From the NCBI RefSeq assembly GCF_009914755.1, contig NC_060936.1: DNA of 64,000 nucleotides, one strand, 5' to 3'. The position numbers and the translations under genes are program-made. Origin of the DNA: the human T2T-CHM13v2.0 reference genome, Homo sapiens. The notes beneath the pieces are model-generated. The model had not been told where the DNA came from. It made no database searches and was given only the letters and a program-made list of their open reading frames with translations. Positions 25,127-44,030 of this stretch are shown one piece after another (position 1 is the stretch's first letter; each line of letters begins with the position of its first letter).

Positions 25127-26439
25127 GAAATATTAAGTTACATTGCTAATCAATATCTGTAAAATAGCAAGCAGCAAAATAATCCCTATGTCTTAAATGT
25201 AAAGTAGCATTTTCTGATATCCAGCATTTGACAAATAACAAATACTCTAAAATCCTAAAGCAAATGTGGTTGACAAGAAAATAGAAAAAATATTTTGGAA
25301 AATGGAAATAGAAATGGAAAAATACTTTCCATTTCCCAAAAACAAAGTAAAACATCAAATTAAATTTAATAATATCCAATGTAAATAACTGCAATATTTT
25401 GCAGCTTTAAGCTAATACATGTAAGTTCAGTTAAAAACAGGAATTCTAGAAGTATTGACTTTTGCTGCTATATTTAATTCACATCCATTTTCTGAAAGAT
25501 ATAAATACACATCTGATTAATAAAAAATGTATTTCGGTAAGTTCAGCATATGCTCTGAGCAAAATTAAATAAATTGGGAAGAGTCAACCTTCAAATTTCT
25601 TTGCCTCAACAGCAAGATTCCCTGTAATTAAATCACAACCAAAGATGTTTATTTCATACCATCCTCTCTTGCTTGTTGATTGAGTCCAAAGAATTTCAAA
25701 ATAAATGCAAATCATCTTCATATGGATGCAGAATTAACATCTAATGAAACTCTCAAATTTAATAAGGTCCTTTTGATTTCAGATTTTCTTGACACTTTTA
25801 CTTCTCTTTAATGGGAATAAAGTTGCAGATGTGTTCAAGATGGTCAAAAGATTTCAGGACAATACGTCCCATTTTCTAACTGAAGTTTCTTTACATGTTG
25901 AATTCACTCTCATAGATTTCTAGATTACAGAGTGAATAAAGGCAAATTTTAAGTAGTCTGTATCCTTATCCAGGAAAAAAAGCAAGATGACTAAAGATGT
26001 TTCTAGTTATTCAAAGAGCAACTTCAGAGACCAGATTATACAATTTTTAGAGGAGGTATGCCTCTTTTATTAGAAAACCTAAGAAAGATCAAATCATACA
26101 GATAGCTTATTATATGGATTCTAGATCCAATTTGATACGCAATCTGGATTACAGATAATGAGATCTAGCATGCATTAAATACTTTAAAAGGTAGAAGAAT
26201 AGAAAATATCTTATGTGTATATAAAACAATATACATATTTCAGAAATACAATAACGATCTGCTGATATTTTTCAAAACAGCATGCAAGTGTCACAATATA
26301 CCAAATATAGTTTAATAACATTAAACTTAAGAAGAAAATAAGGAACTATTTGTTAAGTAGAGAAGAAAAATTGAATTGAAATATGAGTATACAGGTTTAA
26401 TATAACCTCACAGGGAAAGATAAGATTATTACTAAAAAT

Positions 26440-26590
26440 AATGGATGAAAAGAAGAGAGGAGAAAAGTCAGAAAGAAGGAAAAGTAAAGGAAAAAGGAAT
26501 GAGGGGACTAAGGAAAGCAGAGGAGAACAAGAAAAAAAGGGATGAGAAGAAGTGGGAGGCAGGGAAGGAAGGTAGAGAGGAAGGCAGGTA
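26440..26590. repeat. GA-rich low-complexity tract
   Basis: Almost pure purine on + strand. Confidence 0.75.
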
Positions 26591-28930
26591 GTCAGGCCAG
26601 CCAATTGCTTTTCAGAGGAGAATTAAGGGATTTGAATTTGCAGTAGAAATACATGTGACAATGAATCCTCCATATTTTAAAAAGAGAAAAAGATACAAAG
26701 AAATAGCTCTCTACTCTATCTATGGAAATAATTTATAATACTTGCTAGTAAATTTTGTTTTATTAACCATGATTTTTTCCTATCATTTGATGGTAATAAT
26801 TTTCTAATCTGTGATTACAAATAACCCAAGAAATCACCAGTAGAGTACATTTTCCATTGTGTCCTGATCTGGCTAATTGAAGATGAATATGAAATAATGC
26901 ATTTCAGGTACAAAATGCTGCTTCATTTGTGGATTAACTAGCATTGATAAACAATGGCTCCCAATGAAAATGTACAAAATTGGGGAAACTGGTTTAATTT
27001 TCAGTATGAAGGCTTTAGATTTTATGTTGGGGGTAGGGGGACAGTTTGTGTTCAAAGCAAAAGAATAAACTATATGATCCCGAAACATTACTGCTGGCTT
27101 TATGATTCTATGAACTTTAGCCTACCAATTATAATGTTTATGGAAACAATCTAGAGCAGATGGATACAACAACAGCGACAAACATGGAAATGATGTGTTT
27201 CTGTGCAGACTGCTAAGGCTTGCTTGGGAAGAATACAATATAATCATTGTTAGTTACCTCTGCTAAGTGAGAATGCAAATAAAAGAAATAATCTTCTTCT
27301 CTGGCTCTGAGATACAGTCTATGACATTATTTTCTCCCTCAAATATCTTTTAAGCCAATATTAAAATTAGCATTCCATGTAAACATATGACAAATGATTA
27401 TGGGAGGCAGGCCAGAAATATATAATGTGACAGAGAAGAGCCAGGGAGAGTTTAACAACAAAGGGGAGATAATGCAGAGTACTGGTAAAAGCATAGACTT
27501 AGAACCAGAACACTTAAGCTCTAGACACAACCCCACTTTAATATCTATGTGGCCATTAAGTCACTTAACTAAATGGGCATTGTTTCTCCATCTATAAAAT
27601 GAGGGAGCTGAGGGGTGTCAGGTAGAAAAAGTGATCTCTAACTGTACAAGTTCATAGATTATTTAAACTTGCAAAATCAAGAAACATACACTCTATATGA
27701 AATTCCCAATTTCAGAACTGTAGCATCATAGTGCATAACTGAGCCATAAATAATACCAACACAGTGTATCATTCAATGTTATCATTGTAAGAAACAATGG
27801 AGAATATCAAGCCAATCTATTCAAGCTATTGAACTGAGGCCTACAGATGTTAAGTAAATGGCTCAAGGTCACACAACTAGCAGAGATGGGGAGATGGGGT
27901 TAGAATCTTCCTGCTTTTTCCAATGCCTATAGGATGACACTGAAAATTAAAAAGAAAAGATAAATGAGATCTTTCAGACAAAAGCACAGACATATAATTC
28001 CCACAGACTATCTGTAATTAAAGGGATCTTTAAAAATAGCTAATCAAATTATCTGTTTGTGAGAATCTTAATGATTGCTATTCAATTTGCTTAAATTATC
28101 TTTATTTTCTAAATCACCAAAAAAAAAAAAATTATGCCATGGGCCATAGAAAAACATATCTCAACAGTTAGAACTTCATAGACTGTCATGTATAAATCAG
28201 CATTTACTAAATACTTCACTGAAAATGAAGGAGGGATATGAATGCTAATCCATTTTGGGACAATATTACTTTAAGAAGTGCTTACTTACCAATGCCAATC
28301 TGAGAAAGAACAAGAAAAGTAGTATGCCTCAAATGAAAGGTCAGGCCCAAGATATCCTGCCCATTAGATGTAATAGAGTTTATCTTCCCAATTAGAACTA
28401 AAAAATATGATAGTAGCCTGAATCCATAATTCAGATAGCCAAGAAGCCATCAGGATTATATTACTTGGGCTGATTTGTCTTTGTTCCTGGTGACTCAGGT
28501 AAAAAAAGAATAACAATATTCTCCTTTAAAATATTTAGATATCTGGACATACTTTCCATTCTATAAAGGAAGAGAAAAAATTAGAAGATATGGCAAAATA
28601 TTTCTAAATGAGATGATATAAGACAATATAGAATAGGAACTGAATAAAAATAAATACAATTTGGGAATTCCAATTCTAAAAATCTAAATAATGAAACAAA
28701 GTTTATAATAGTTTATGTAACTCAAATGATTCTCTAAACAGGCTGATGGCATTAAATTTATACATTTTAAGAGAAAAATGTCAGTGATCAATAATGACAA
28801 AAAAAATGTCTTGCATTAAGAGCTTTATGACCACCAAACCTAAGATTAAGTATGAAGAAGACCCTTGAGTCACCATTCACAGAATAAAAGAAATGTTAGG
28901 TGAAAAAACAAAAGGTAACTACCATTTCTA

Positions 28931-30823
<1,893 letters not shown>

Positions 30824-30874
30824 TAACTAGCACTTTTAAAGCAGTAATTACCACATCTAAAAGACTAAAGTGAG

Positions 30875-31161
30875 GGCCAGGCGTGGTAGCTCACAATCGG
30901 CACTTTGGGAGGCCAAGGCGGGCAGATCACGAGGTCAGGAGTTGAAGACCAGCCTGATCAACATGGTGAAACCCCGTCTCTACTAAAAATACAAAAATTG
31001 GCCAGGCGTGGTGGTGGGCATCTGTAATCCTAGCTACTCAGGAGGCAGAGGCAGGAGAATAACTTGAATCCAGGAGGCGGAGGTTGCAGTGAGCCACGAT
31101 TGTGCCACTGCACTCCAGCCTGGGCGAAGGAGTGAGACTCTGTCTCAAAAAAAAAAAAAAA
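30875..31161 (+). mobile_element. AluS (Sg-like)
   Basis: gatcacgaggtcaggagtt diagnostic, poly(A), TSD aaagtga. Confidence 0.95.
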
Positions 31162-31955
31162 GTGAAATGAAATGATACAGATCTGGGAAAACTAACTTGG
31201 ATCATTCACACAAAGGGAAAACAGAGACGAGGGGGAGATAAAGGAAGAGGGTCATTTTTTTTCTGTAGGGGAGGACAGAACATCTGAATCATTTGGAGGA
31301 CTCATCACACTTTAACTCTGTCACTAAACCATTAGGATACCTAGCTAAAATACTGGAAATAGAGATTGTTACGGCTACACACTCTTGCACTCTCCATAAC
31401 ATATACTATTACATTATTTGAAACAGTTTTACTTATTAAAAAAATTTAGGGTTGGCAAATCTAAAACTAGAAAGACAATCATGAATGACAAAGATAAAAC
31501 ATTTTAGCTAAATAAGGATTCTGAAGTGGTTCATATAAGTGACCAGGGCTCAGAATAGTGGGAGTCATGCTAAGTTTACACTCCTAGTAAACACTCCTAT
31601 GTTGGGTGAATACAAGGAGACACCAAAAAAGGTAAAGGGGTGTTATCAAGTGGTTTTATCCCATTCTCTCCCCCAAAGATACACATGACTAGCATGGTCC
31701 TGTCAATTTTTCCATTCTCCCAGTGTGATAGGTTGAGTATTTTAGAGCATTTCTTTCAGCTTACACTCTGCACGCAATTATACTCAGCAACATTCCTACC
31801 AAGTCTAACTTGTCAGTGTTGTCACCTGGTCCCTTTCCAAATTCACCTAAGCCCATTGGACTCACAGAGACATGAGAAAGGTATCGTCAAGACATAATTA
31901 ACTTCATCACATGTAACTAAATACACACGATTCCGTCCAAATAAGTGGCACTTAC

Positions 31956-32036
31956 TTATGTCCATTTAAGGCTGCGTGGTGTAAAGCAGTGTAACCCGAA
32001 CTGTCTGTGCAGTTCACATTGGGGCCTCGCCAGATG
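31956..32036 (-). CDS. ANKS1B: ANKS1B coding exon (probably exon 2), 81 nt: (S)[26 protein letters not shown](K), ankyrin repeat
   Basis: Minus strand reads gtgctttatttgcag|CATCTGGCGAGGCCCCAATGTG...GGACATAA|gtaagt. It has the ankyrin motif GYTALHHAA. Its phase-2 end (AA) joins the G starting the next exon to give Lys. Not in the ORF track in this frame. Confidence 0.96.
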   Translation of the reverse strand, partial: HLARPQCELHRQFGLHCFTPRSLKWT

Positions 32037-32809
32037 CTGCAAATAAAGCACAAGCGCAGAGTTAACAGTGAAGCCGGATCTTGCCTTGAAAAACAAAAAG
32101 AAGGCTGGTAGCCCCACAGTCAGCAGCAGGTTGTAGATAAAAATTTTAGCCATGTGGAAAATGATTGCCATCTTCTATGAATTCCCCTCAGAACATCAAC
32201 TTCATTTATTTGATAAAAGGAAACTAATAGAGAATGCAACTATTAATATCTTCAGAAATTATTAACAAATGTGTGTCCATGGTCGTGCACTGAAGTTTGG
32301 ATCCAAAAATTCCCTATTACTTTCTATCGTTACTTAAATATTAGAAGCAACTAACATTCAGCTACTATATTCCATACCAAAGAATAAAGATTTATGAGAC
32401 CTGCCTCATGCCTGTTAACACACTCCTTCTGAGGTGCCGGTGATTTATATAAGTTATAAGATATTTTTGCATTGTGGGAAGAATATAAAGTCTTTTTGCT
32501 CTTCAATTGCAACCAGGAAAATGTAATCAATATTTCATACTTGAAAATAAAATTGAAGATTTGGACTGTTGTAAACCATGAGAAGATCCTAACAATTTTG
32601 CAGTCATCATTGATTTTACTATGCAATATATTCTGGAGATAACATGTAACTATATAAAAGAGTCTATTTTTTTTTGATAACTACAATTAAGGAAACTCTT
32701 TTTAACTTTTGGAAAATAAGGCACTGAAAGACACTTTTCCAAAAATAGAACAAAAAATTGCTTTATCTGATGGTCATAGTGATATCAAAACTATCAAAGA
32801 TAAACTAGT

Positions 32810-33320
32810 TCACACATTCACAAAACATTTATTGTACACCAACTGTATGTCACATATTGAGCTAGGCACTGGGAGCACAAAATCGTAACTCAAGGTCCTT
32901 CTTTACAAGAACATAGTGTAATGGAAAAGATAGACACACAAGCTAATAATTACAAAGTGGTAAGATAATCAAGGTACCAGACAGCACACAGGCATCTCTG
33001 AAAAGAGAATGAATAGCTATTCCAAACAAGGGGTCATGGCAGACTTAAACTAAGGTGGGTCAATGAAAATGAATGGAATGTGCTTATTTGACAGTTAATT
33101 AAAAGAAGAATTAATGAAACACATGGATCAATTGGAAGAAGGTGGGAAACTGGAAGCAGTAGTCTAGAGATGACTCAGACTTTAGGCTTACATGACTAGA
33201 AAAAATTACAATATTAACTAAGATGTGAAATAAAAAAAGAGCAAAATCTGCTGCAGGGAAGACAATGCAGGATGGAGAGAAAACAATGACTCCTAGTTTG
33301 CAGACGTTAAATCTTAAGTA
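32810..33320 (-). mobile_element. L2 fragments
   Basis: cattcacaaaacatttattgtacaccaactgtatgtc (reverse L2 3' end). Confidence 0.6.
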
Positions 33321-33339
33321 TCTGACTTACTTACATTAC

Positions 33340-34810
<1,471 letters not shown>

Positions 34811-35371
34811 AGATTTTCTCAGGAAGAACAGCAGAATGGCTGCCCTTCAATCTCCCCAGCAGAAAGGGAGACATTCTCTGGCACAGATAAAATGCATGAT
34901 CTCTGGACTAGACCCCTGATTGGTAGCCTTCATCAACTTCTGTGATGTAAATACTTCAACTTAACGCAGTGATAGGAAGAGATGCTAACAACTGCACTTC
35001 ACAAGCAGACACAAGCCAATCCAGCACACCATTCAAAGGCCTACAACCAACAAGTCCCAACACTATGAACTCAGAGCTTCCCATGAGTTTTTGAAAACCT
35101 CCACTCTCAAATATGAACAAATAACCAAAGACATCCAATCACTTGAGGAAAGCCTTTACTACTAAAGAAACCAAAACAAAAAATTAGGAACAAACTACAG
35201 AAAAAAAAGAAACTTAGAGAAAATTTAGACTATGCATGGAGAAGAAATTTTCAAAAACAGTTATCATTAATATCATCTCAATATTAGAAAAGATAATGAA
35301 TGTAAGAACAATGAAATAAAAAAGAAAATCAGAGATAAAATCAGTAGAAGAATTAAAAATAAAGCTGATAA

Positions 35372-35673
<302 letters not shown>

Positions 35674-35874
35674 TTAGAAAAAAAAGGCAAAGATATAGAC
35701 AAATAGAAGGGAAATCATAAGAAAAGTAGGACACCGATTTAGCAGTTCCAATATTGAAAAATAGAGGTTCTTAAAGTCAAAACACAGAAAACAGGAGAAT
35801 GAAAACAATGAAAGACATCATTTTAAAAATTATCAGAACTGAAGGACATTAATTTACCAAATAAAATGTACATG

Positions 35875-36577
<703 letters not shown>

Positions 36578-37399
36578 TTAAATTTCAATTAAACAAACAA
36601 ACCAAATTCCTAAAACACCCATCCAGGGCTATTCTCTTAATTTAAATTTTTCCTCTTTCAACTCTAGTTACACTAACAAGTCTTCACTATTCAGGAAACC
36701 TAGAATGAAGAGAAATTATTCATACCTATTACTTCTACTTCAATCTGCAATCTTCAATTATTAATGGACACTCTCCAAGTTCTAAGTCCAAGAAAATACA
36801 AGTCCAAGAATCAAACAAAATAATGAATAAGATATCATCTCTTCCTCCAAAGAGCTGACAATCTAATAGAGAAAAATATATACAGATAAATTACAATATA
36901 GGCAGTGACCATAGTTCCTACAGCACAGAAAACACCTAATAATTGTTTGTTATCAATCTTCTTGTTCTTATTAAATAAATGCTACAATAGAAAAATCTTT
37001 AACTCCCTAAATTAATACATCTGTTCAACAAAAATCTCTATGGAATATTTTACGGAAAACTCAACTAAAAGTTCTAAATTTGATTTAGAAGAATTTACGG
37101 GAAAAAAAATTGTGAAACAAGAAGTAATAATGGGATCTACATACTACCAATTATGAAAGCATATCATAAAACAATACCAAAAAATGTTAGTCTAGCACCA
37201 GAATAGAGAGCTCAATGAATATAAGAGAAGCCCTAGAAACAAACCAGTCATACATATAGGAATAAAGCTGACATCTGAAAGAAGCAAAAAAAAAAAAAGG
37301 AAAACATCATTCAATAAATAGTCCCGAGAAATATGTTTTAATTAATGGGAAGGAAAAAACAATTTCAATTCCCTACCCCATACCATTTAGCAAAATTTA

Positions 37400-37815
37400 A
37401 TCCACATGATTTGTTCTTGACTTCTCAAACCTCATTCCTACCCTCTTTTTCTCACACACCCTGTTCAAACCACACAGGCCTCCTTAAAAATATAAGTATG
37501 CTTGCACCTTATGACTGTTGCATTTGAAATTCTCTCTGCCTAGAAAGTTTTTTCCTCAATCATATGGCTCAATCTTTCTGCTCAAATGTCATCTCTTCGG
37601 AAACTCTCTCCCTAATTATTCAGTCAAAAATAGCACCCTATCATCATTCTCTTTCCTCTTAGTTATGGGACTTATCACCATCTGGCATTATATTATTTAT
37701 TTATATGCTTACTGTCTGTCTCCCCACTAGAATGAAAGCTCCACCACACTATCTTTGGGTCTTAAAACAGTGACTGGAATATTGTAGGTGACCAGTAAAT
37801 ATTTGTTAAATGAAA
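37400..37815 (+). mobile_element. L2 3' end
   Basis: tgtctgtctccccactagaatgaaagctcca..gtaaatatttgttaaatgaa. Confidence 0.75.
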
Positions 37816-38837
37816 TATAAAAATGTTGAGTACATATATGAAAAATGTCAACCTCACTGGCAATCAAAGAAAGCAAAAAAAAAAAAAACCAAACCCATAC
37901 CATTATATATTTCTTTATCAAATTGGGAAAAAAGTCAATAATATTCAGTAATGGTTAGCATGCAGAGCTTATAATAAGCTGGTGGTGAAAATGTAAATTG
38001 GTACAATTTTTCTGGAAGGCAATTTGACATTACATGTTTAAAAGCTTTCATAGTGTGCAAATGTGTTACCTAGAAATTCTCCTTAAGAGGAATTATTTTA
38101 AGAAATTAATTAATAGTTTGTACAAATATTTAGCTATAAAAATATTTATCACAGAGTGAGGGTAGTAAAAATTATGGATTTTGATATATAATGCCACTTA
38201 GAATAGTTATTCTCTCTTTGCTCTTGTCAGCTAGATTTCTAACACTGCCTGCCTCCAGAGCTTAGTACTCATCTTTCTCTCTAGCTTTCTTATATGAGAC
38301 CCACAGCATCAGTGTCTTATATGGCTCCAGTAGCATATGGCTTGAGCTCCTACTGATCAGGGTTTTTTTTTTTTAGCTTATGTGAACCTCCCTGGGAGGA
38401 GAAAGTCTACCAACAGAGTAGCCAGGGATCCTAGAGAGGACGCAATTCTTCTTAGTTTTATACAATGGCTCAATATATGTGACAGATAAACAGATATCAC
38501 TATTCTTTAACATAAAATAAAAATCTCACAACAAAATGGAAAAACAGGATATTAACAGGCAATTCACAGAAAAGGAAATGTGAATGGCTAATAAATATTT
38601 GAAAATATAATTAACCTCACTGTGGCTAGCAAAGAGCAAAATAAAACAGTGGCTGCCTACTTTTCTACCATCAGATGGGCACAAATTTTTAAAGAAATAA
38701 TTGATAACAATCAATGGAGGCAAATATGTGAAGAAATAGTCACTCTCACAGAATATTCATTGAAGTGTAAATTGCTACAACATTCTTGGAAAGTAACATG
38801 GCAATACATAATCAAATTTCAAATATGAATACTCTTA

Positions 38838-39391
<554 letters not shown>

Positions 39392-41743
39392 AGAGAAAGC
39401 TCATAAATGCCCAGCAAAAAAAAAATAAAAAATTAATTAGTCCAATAGCTGAGAATGGGGCAAAAAAGGAAAAGTTAATTAGGATTCATTCACACTATGA
39501 AATGTTATGCAACTATTAAAATAAATAACTTTGATCTGAATGTATTGACTTTGAAAGTCAGCCAAAACATATAAAGTGAAAAACGTAAATTGCAGAATAT
39601 TGTGTGTGTCTGGAGCATTCCAAATGCTTTATATGCATTAGCTTATTTATAGCCACACGACTATAAGAAAGTTACTATTACTATTCCCATTGTATAGATG
39701 AAAAATATTTGCAATAACATAGAAAAATACATGCAAAAATACATTATTCATTCTGTGAATAGTCTGAATGTTGAAATTATCATGAATTTCTTTAAGGAAA
39801 AGAAAAGACAATAAACTACAAAGGAAGAAAGATAGGTTTGCTCCAGATTACGAAGAACCTCATAATATATTGAAAAGCTTGGATTTTATTCTGCAGCAAC
39901 TTGGAACTAAATGGCTTTCAGAAAGATAAGTATGTTCCTCACATGATCAGTCAGTGTTTTAGAATAAGAGCTCTTGTAACAGGTGGAAGGTAAACAGAGT
40001 GAGAGTCAGGTTAATTGTTTTACAGACCAGGGGAGAAACAAAGCAATTTGAACAAATGCAGATATAGTGGTAGAGAGAGAGAGGGTGAGAAAATTCAAAT
40101 TGATATGTCTAAAATAAAACCTATGGGAGATGGTATCCATATGAATAGAATAAGAACAAGAGAATGGCTGAGGTTTCAACCATGAACGAAATGCATCAAT
40201 GATGAGATATCTCCACTAGAAAAAGCTGCAAGGGCAGTAGTATCTTCTGGCAGGAGCCAAGTTTCAGTTAAAACTGATTAGAACACTAGGTTGCTTGGAG
40301 TACCTCAGGCAAAAAATGGAAAAGAAATAGGAAAATACTGCAAATTAACTGTCATACATTTTTTAAATTTCTGCATGTTATTAGACCTTATAAATATTTT
40401 GTAAGAGAAGATATTTATAACTAAAATAAGATTCAGGGCCTATAGATTTCAATTACCTATACCAACTCAGTTCCCCATTATACAAAAATTAATTATAATA
40501 CACGCATTTTTAATAACTCCATTGAATGTCGCCTTCTCCTAGCAAAATGGATATGGATACATCTTTTTTAAACAAGGAGGTTTAGAATGGAAAGTTAGCA
40601 TATATCTAAATATATTCAACTGCACCTATTGACAGAGCCTCTAGGCACATATCCACATATCCATAGAACATCCACCGACACATCTGAAACACCATAAATA
40701 AGCCAGACCCAAACCCTCCAACTAAAAATTTAATTTAAAAAAGAAACCTTGATTTCTAAAAGGTTCTGCTTCATTCCAACTTTTTATATTGCCTTGCCCC
40801 CTTTACTCAGGCATAATCTTCAAATTTAAAAAGAGGGCCTAGATTAAAACCTTGATTAACTTAAGCTTGTTTCATAAAATGCAAGAGTTTCTAGACACAT
40901 TTAAGAAATGTCTTGAAAAAGTATAAAATGCTTATTACATATTTATTCCAAAAAAAGCAATTTATAGATCCTTGGTCTTAGTCTAATACACACCCAAATC
41001 CCATTTCTTATGCCTACTTGTCAATATCTTAAATTCTGTATGTGAGAATTACTGCCCAAAATGAATGTTCTCAGACAATATGGGGTTGCCAATTACCAAA
41101 AATTTAATTTCCTTTGTTATATTATTTGCACTAATGTAACAAATCAGATTAGTAGATTTTAGAATAAATATAAACAAAATAGTTTTCTACCAAACTTTCA
41201 AATAACCAGGACATTCATTAGTCAGAATATTCTATTATCTAAGCTTTCACATATTAAATAAGATTATTCTTAAACCATAAGCCTGAGTTTCTTAGGCCAA
41301 TATCCATATGTACAGCAAATAAGATTTGAAGCACAACTACTCCACAAATTGATCATTATTATACCTTCCATCAGTCTATGGGGAAAATCTATCAGAAATA
41401 ACATAAAACTGTTTCAGTTTTTATTGATTCCTATCTGACCCCTGACACATGAGATCACGCCGAGGCATCAGATATGGAAATTCATACAGAATGTGCATTT
41501 AATGCCTCAGGCAGGGTCAGAGTATGTAGGAATGGTCTTCTGACAGATCATATCATTTCAAGCAATGCAAAATAAACCTTATTCTCAATCTGTGTCTTAA
41601 TAGTTTACTTCCATTTTTGGATGAACTGGACATATGTACATATGCTACTGATTACTACAAGTGAAGTTCTCATCAGTTTAGTGATGGCACAATTTTATTA
41701 TCATGGGCTACAAGTGTCCCACATGGGTCAAATGGGTCTATAT

Positions 41744-42369
41744 CAGCACTGTCCTTTAGAAATACAAGGTGAGGACTGGGCATGGTGGCTCACACCTGTA
41801 ATCGCAGCACTTTTGGAGGCCAAGACAGGTGGATCACTTGAGCCCAGGAGTTTGAGATCAGCCTGGGCAACAAGGTGAAACCCCATCTCTACAAAAAAAA
41901 AAAAAAAAACACAAAAAGAAAAATTAGCCAGGCATGGTGGCATGCATCTGTAGTCCCAGCTATTCGGGAAGCTGAGGTGAGGATTGCTTGAGCCTAGGAG
42001 GTGGAGGTTGCAGTGAGCTGACACTGTGCCACTGCACTCCAGCCTGGACAACAGAGCAAGACCCAGTCTCAAAAAATAAAAAGAAAAAATATATAATGTG
42101 AGCCATATATGTGAATTTAAATTTTCTAGTAGCCACATTAAAAAGATGTGAAATTAGTTTGAATATATTTTATTTAACCTAGTATATCAAAAACATTATT
42201 TCAACATATAATCAATATAAAAAGTATTGAGATGTTTCACATTCTTTTTTGTACTGTTTTCAATATTGGTGTTTATTTTACACTTATAGCACATCACAAT
42301 TAGGACTAGCCACATTTCAAATGCTTAATATCCTGATGTGGACAGTGGCTACTATATTGCACAGCACAG
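41744..42369. mobile_element. MER33-like hAT-Charlie DNA transposon interrupted by AluJ
   Basis: Termini cagcactgtcc / gcacagcacag. Internal ttttctagtagccacatt and ctagccacatttcaaatgcttaat. Confidence 0.8.
41774..42088 (+). mobile_element. AluJ
   Basis: Dimeric. Degenerate TSD ending gtgag. Confidence 0.95.
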
Positions 42370-42444
42370 GGCATTTCTATATAATTATTCCAAGGGGAAA
42401 AAAGAAAATTAACTCTAATAATATGAAAAAGCTTTCTAGTATAA

Positions 42445-42611
42445 GGAAGAGTAGCTAACGGATGCTGGACTTAATACCTAGAAGATGGGTTGATCTGTGT
42501 TACAAACCACCATAGCACACGTTTACCTATGTAACAAAACTGCACATCCTGCACATGTATCCCAGAACTTAAAATATTAATAAAAGTTGATGAAAAATAA
42601 ATAATAAAAAA
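42445..42611 (+). mobile_element. Short L1PA 3' end
   Basis: cacgtttacctatgtaacaaaactgcacatcctgcacatgtatcccagaacttaaa. Confidence 0.85.
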
Positions 42612-42767
42612 GTATTGTCACATTGGAACCCACATACTATCCCATATGAGTTTATTGAATGAATATTTACTGAAATGTGCAAAACCATCTAAGTAAGATA
42701 GATATACACTATAAAGCTTAAAAATGCAGAGAACAACTATGAACTGGCCTTCTGTGAAGAATGAGAA

Positions 42768-42970
42768 CAAGAATCAGCAAACTGTAGACCATGAGCCACA
42801 TCCAGTCCACTGTTTGTTTTTGTAAATAAAGTTTCATCGAAACACATACAGACACATACACACACACACGCACAAAAGCTTTCTAAAAATAACTGCAAAC
42901 GTTGGCTTTGTAGTAAATACATGTCTATTTGAGTCACAAACAATTTCTTAAAGATATCTTGCCTTTGGAG
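42768..42970. mobile_element. MER58-like hAT fragment with short (CA)n
   Basis: tcagcaaactgtagaccatgagccacatccagtccactgtttgtttttgtaaataaagttt. Confidence 0.65.
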
Positions 42971-43551
42971 CAAAAATAAATAATAGATCTAGTATACAGT
43001 CATATCCTAGACTGTAATGCACAATTTTACAAAAAGCACATCAGGAGCATCATAGTCAAAATCGTACTAACTAAACATTTTCTGATGAATAATGTGCACC
43101 TTGAATTACTTGATGCAATTCTCAATACATGTATTTTTACCAGCAAATGCGAATTGAATGACTATGAGCAAAAGTAACTCCTTGAGTTATAATCACACAT
43201 ATAATACAATTATGACCTCTCTTCAATATATACAGTATGTGCCACAAGATGGAATTTTAGAATATGAAAAGAATTTGTAACCACACCGAGCCATAAACAC
43301 AGAGTCAAGAGACATGAGAGGAAAACTAGAGCATCTATTTTAACCTAGTTTTAACTTCATCACTTGTTCTAAAAGTGTAAAACATTCCTCCCAGCCCATA
43401 TTTTCTCTTCTCTGCATAGATATAATTCCTGGAAAATAAACCAGCAGACAAGGCAGATTAATCTCTCATTGTCACACGAACACTGATTTTGGTGGCAATT
43501 GTTTTTCCTATCCTCACATTCTCTTCATAGGTAACAATAATTCCAGGGTAC

Positions 43552-44030
43552 TATGGTAGGAAAAAATAATGGTACCCCCAAGATGTATACGTCTTAATCT
43601 CTGGAACGTGTGCATATTTTGTATTACACAGCAAGGGAGAATTAAGGTTGCAGATAGACTTACATTGCTAATCAGCTGGCTTTATCCCGGATTACCCAGG
43701 TGGGCCCCATGTAATTACAAGTGGAGAAGAGGGAAATGGAAGAGTCAGAATCAAAAAGACGGCACAGTCAAAAAGACTCAACTGGCCATTGTTGGCTCTA
43801 AAGATGGAAGAGGGTCATGAACCTAGAAACGTAAGCAGCCTCTAGTATCTGGAAAAGGCAAGAAAACAGATTTTCCTAGAGCCTTCAGGAAAGAATGCAG
43901 CCCTGCCCACACCTTGATTTTAGCCCAGTGAGAACCACAGACCTCCAGGACTATAGGATAACAGATTTGTGTTATTCTAAGCCACTACATTTGTGGTAAC
44001 TTGCTACAGCAGCAATGGGAAACTAATACA
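43552..44030 (+). mobile_element. MLT1D-like solo LTR
   Basis: gaattaaggttgcagat..ctaatcagctg, ctggaaaaggcaagaaaacagatt, ends ggaaactaataca. Confidence 0.88.

Noticed and set aside
31956-32171. 71-aa minus ORF as an independent gene
   Set aside because: It overlaps the real 81-nt exon in a different frame. The ankyrin frame with splice sites explains the region.
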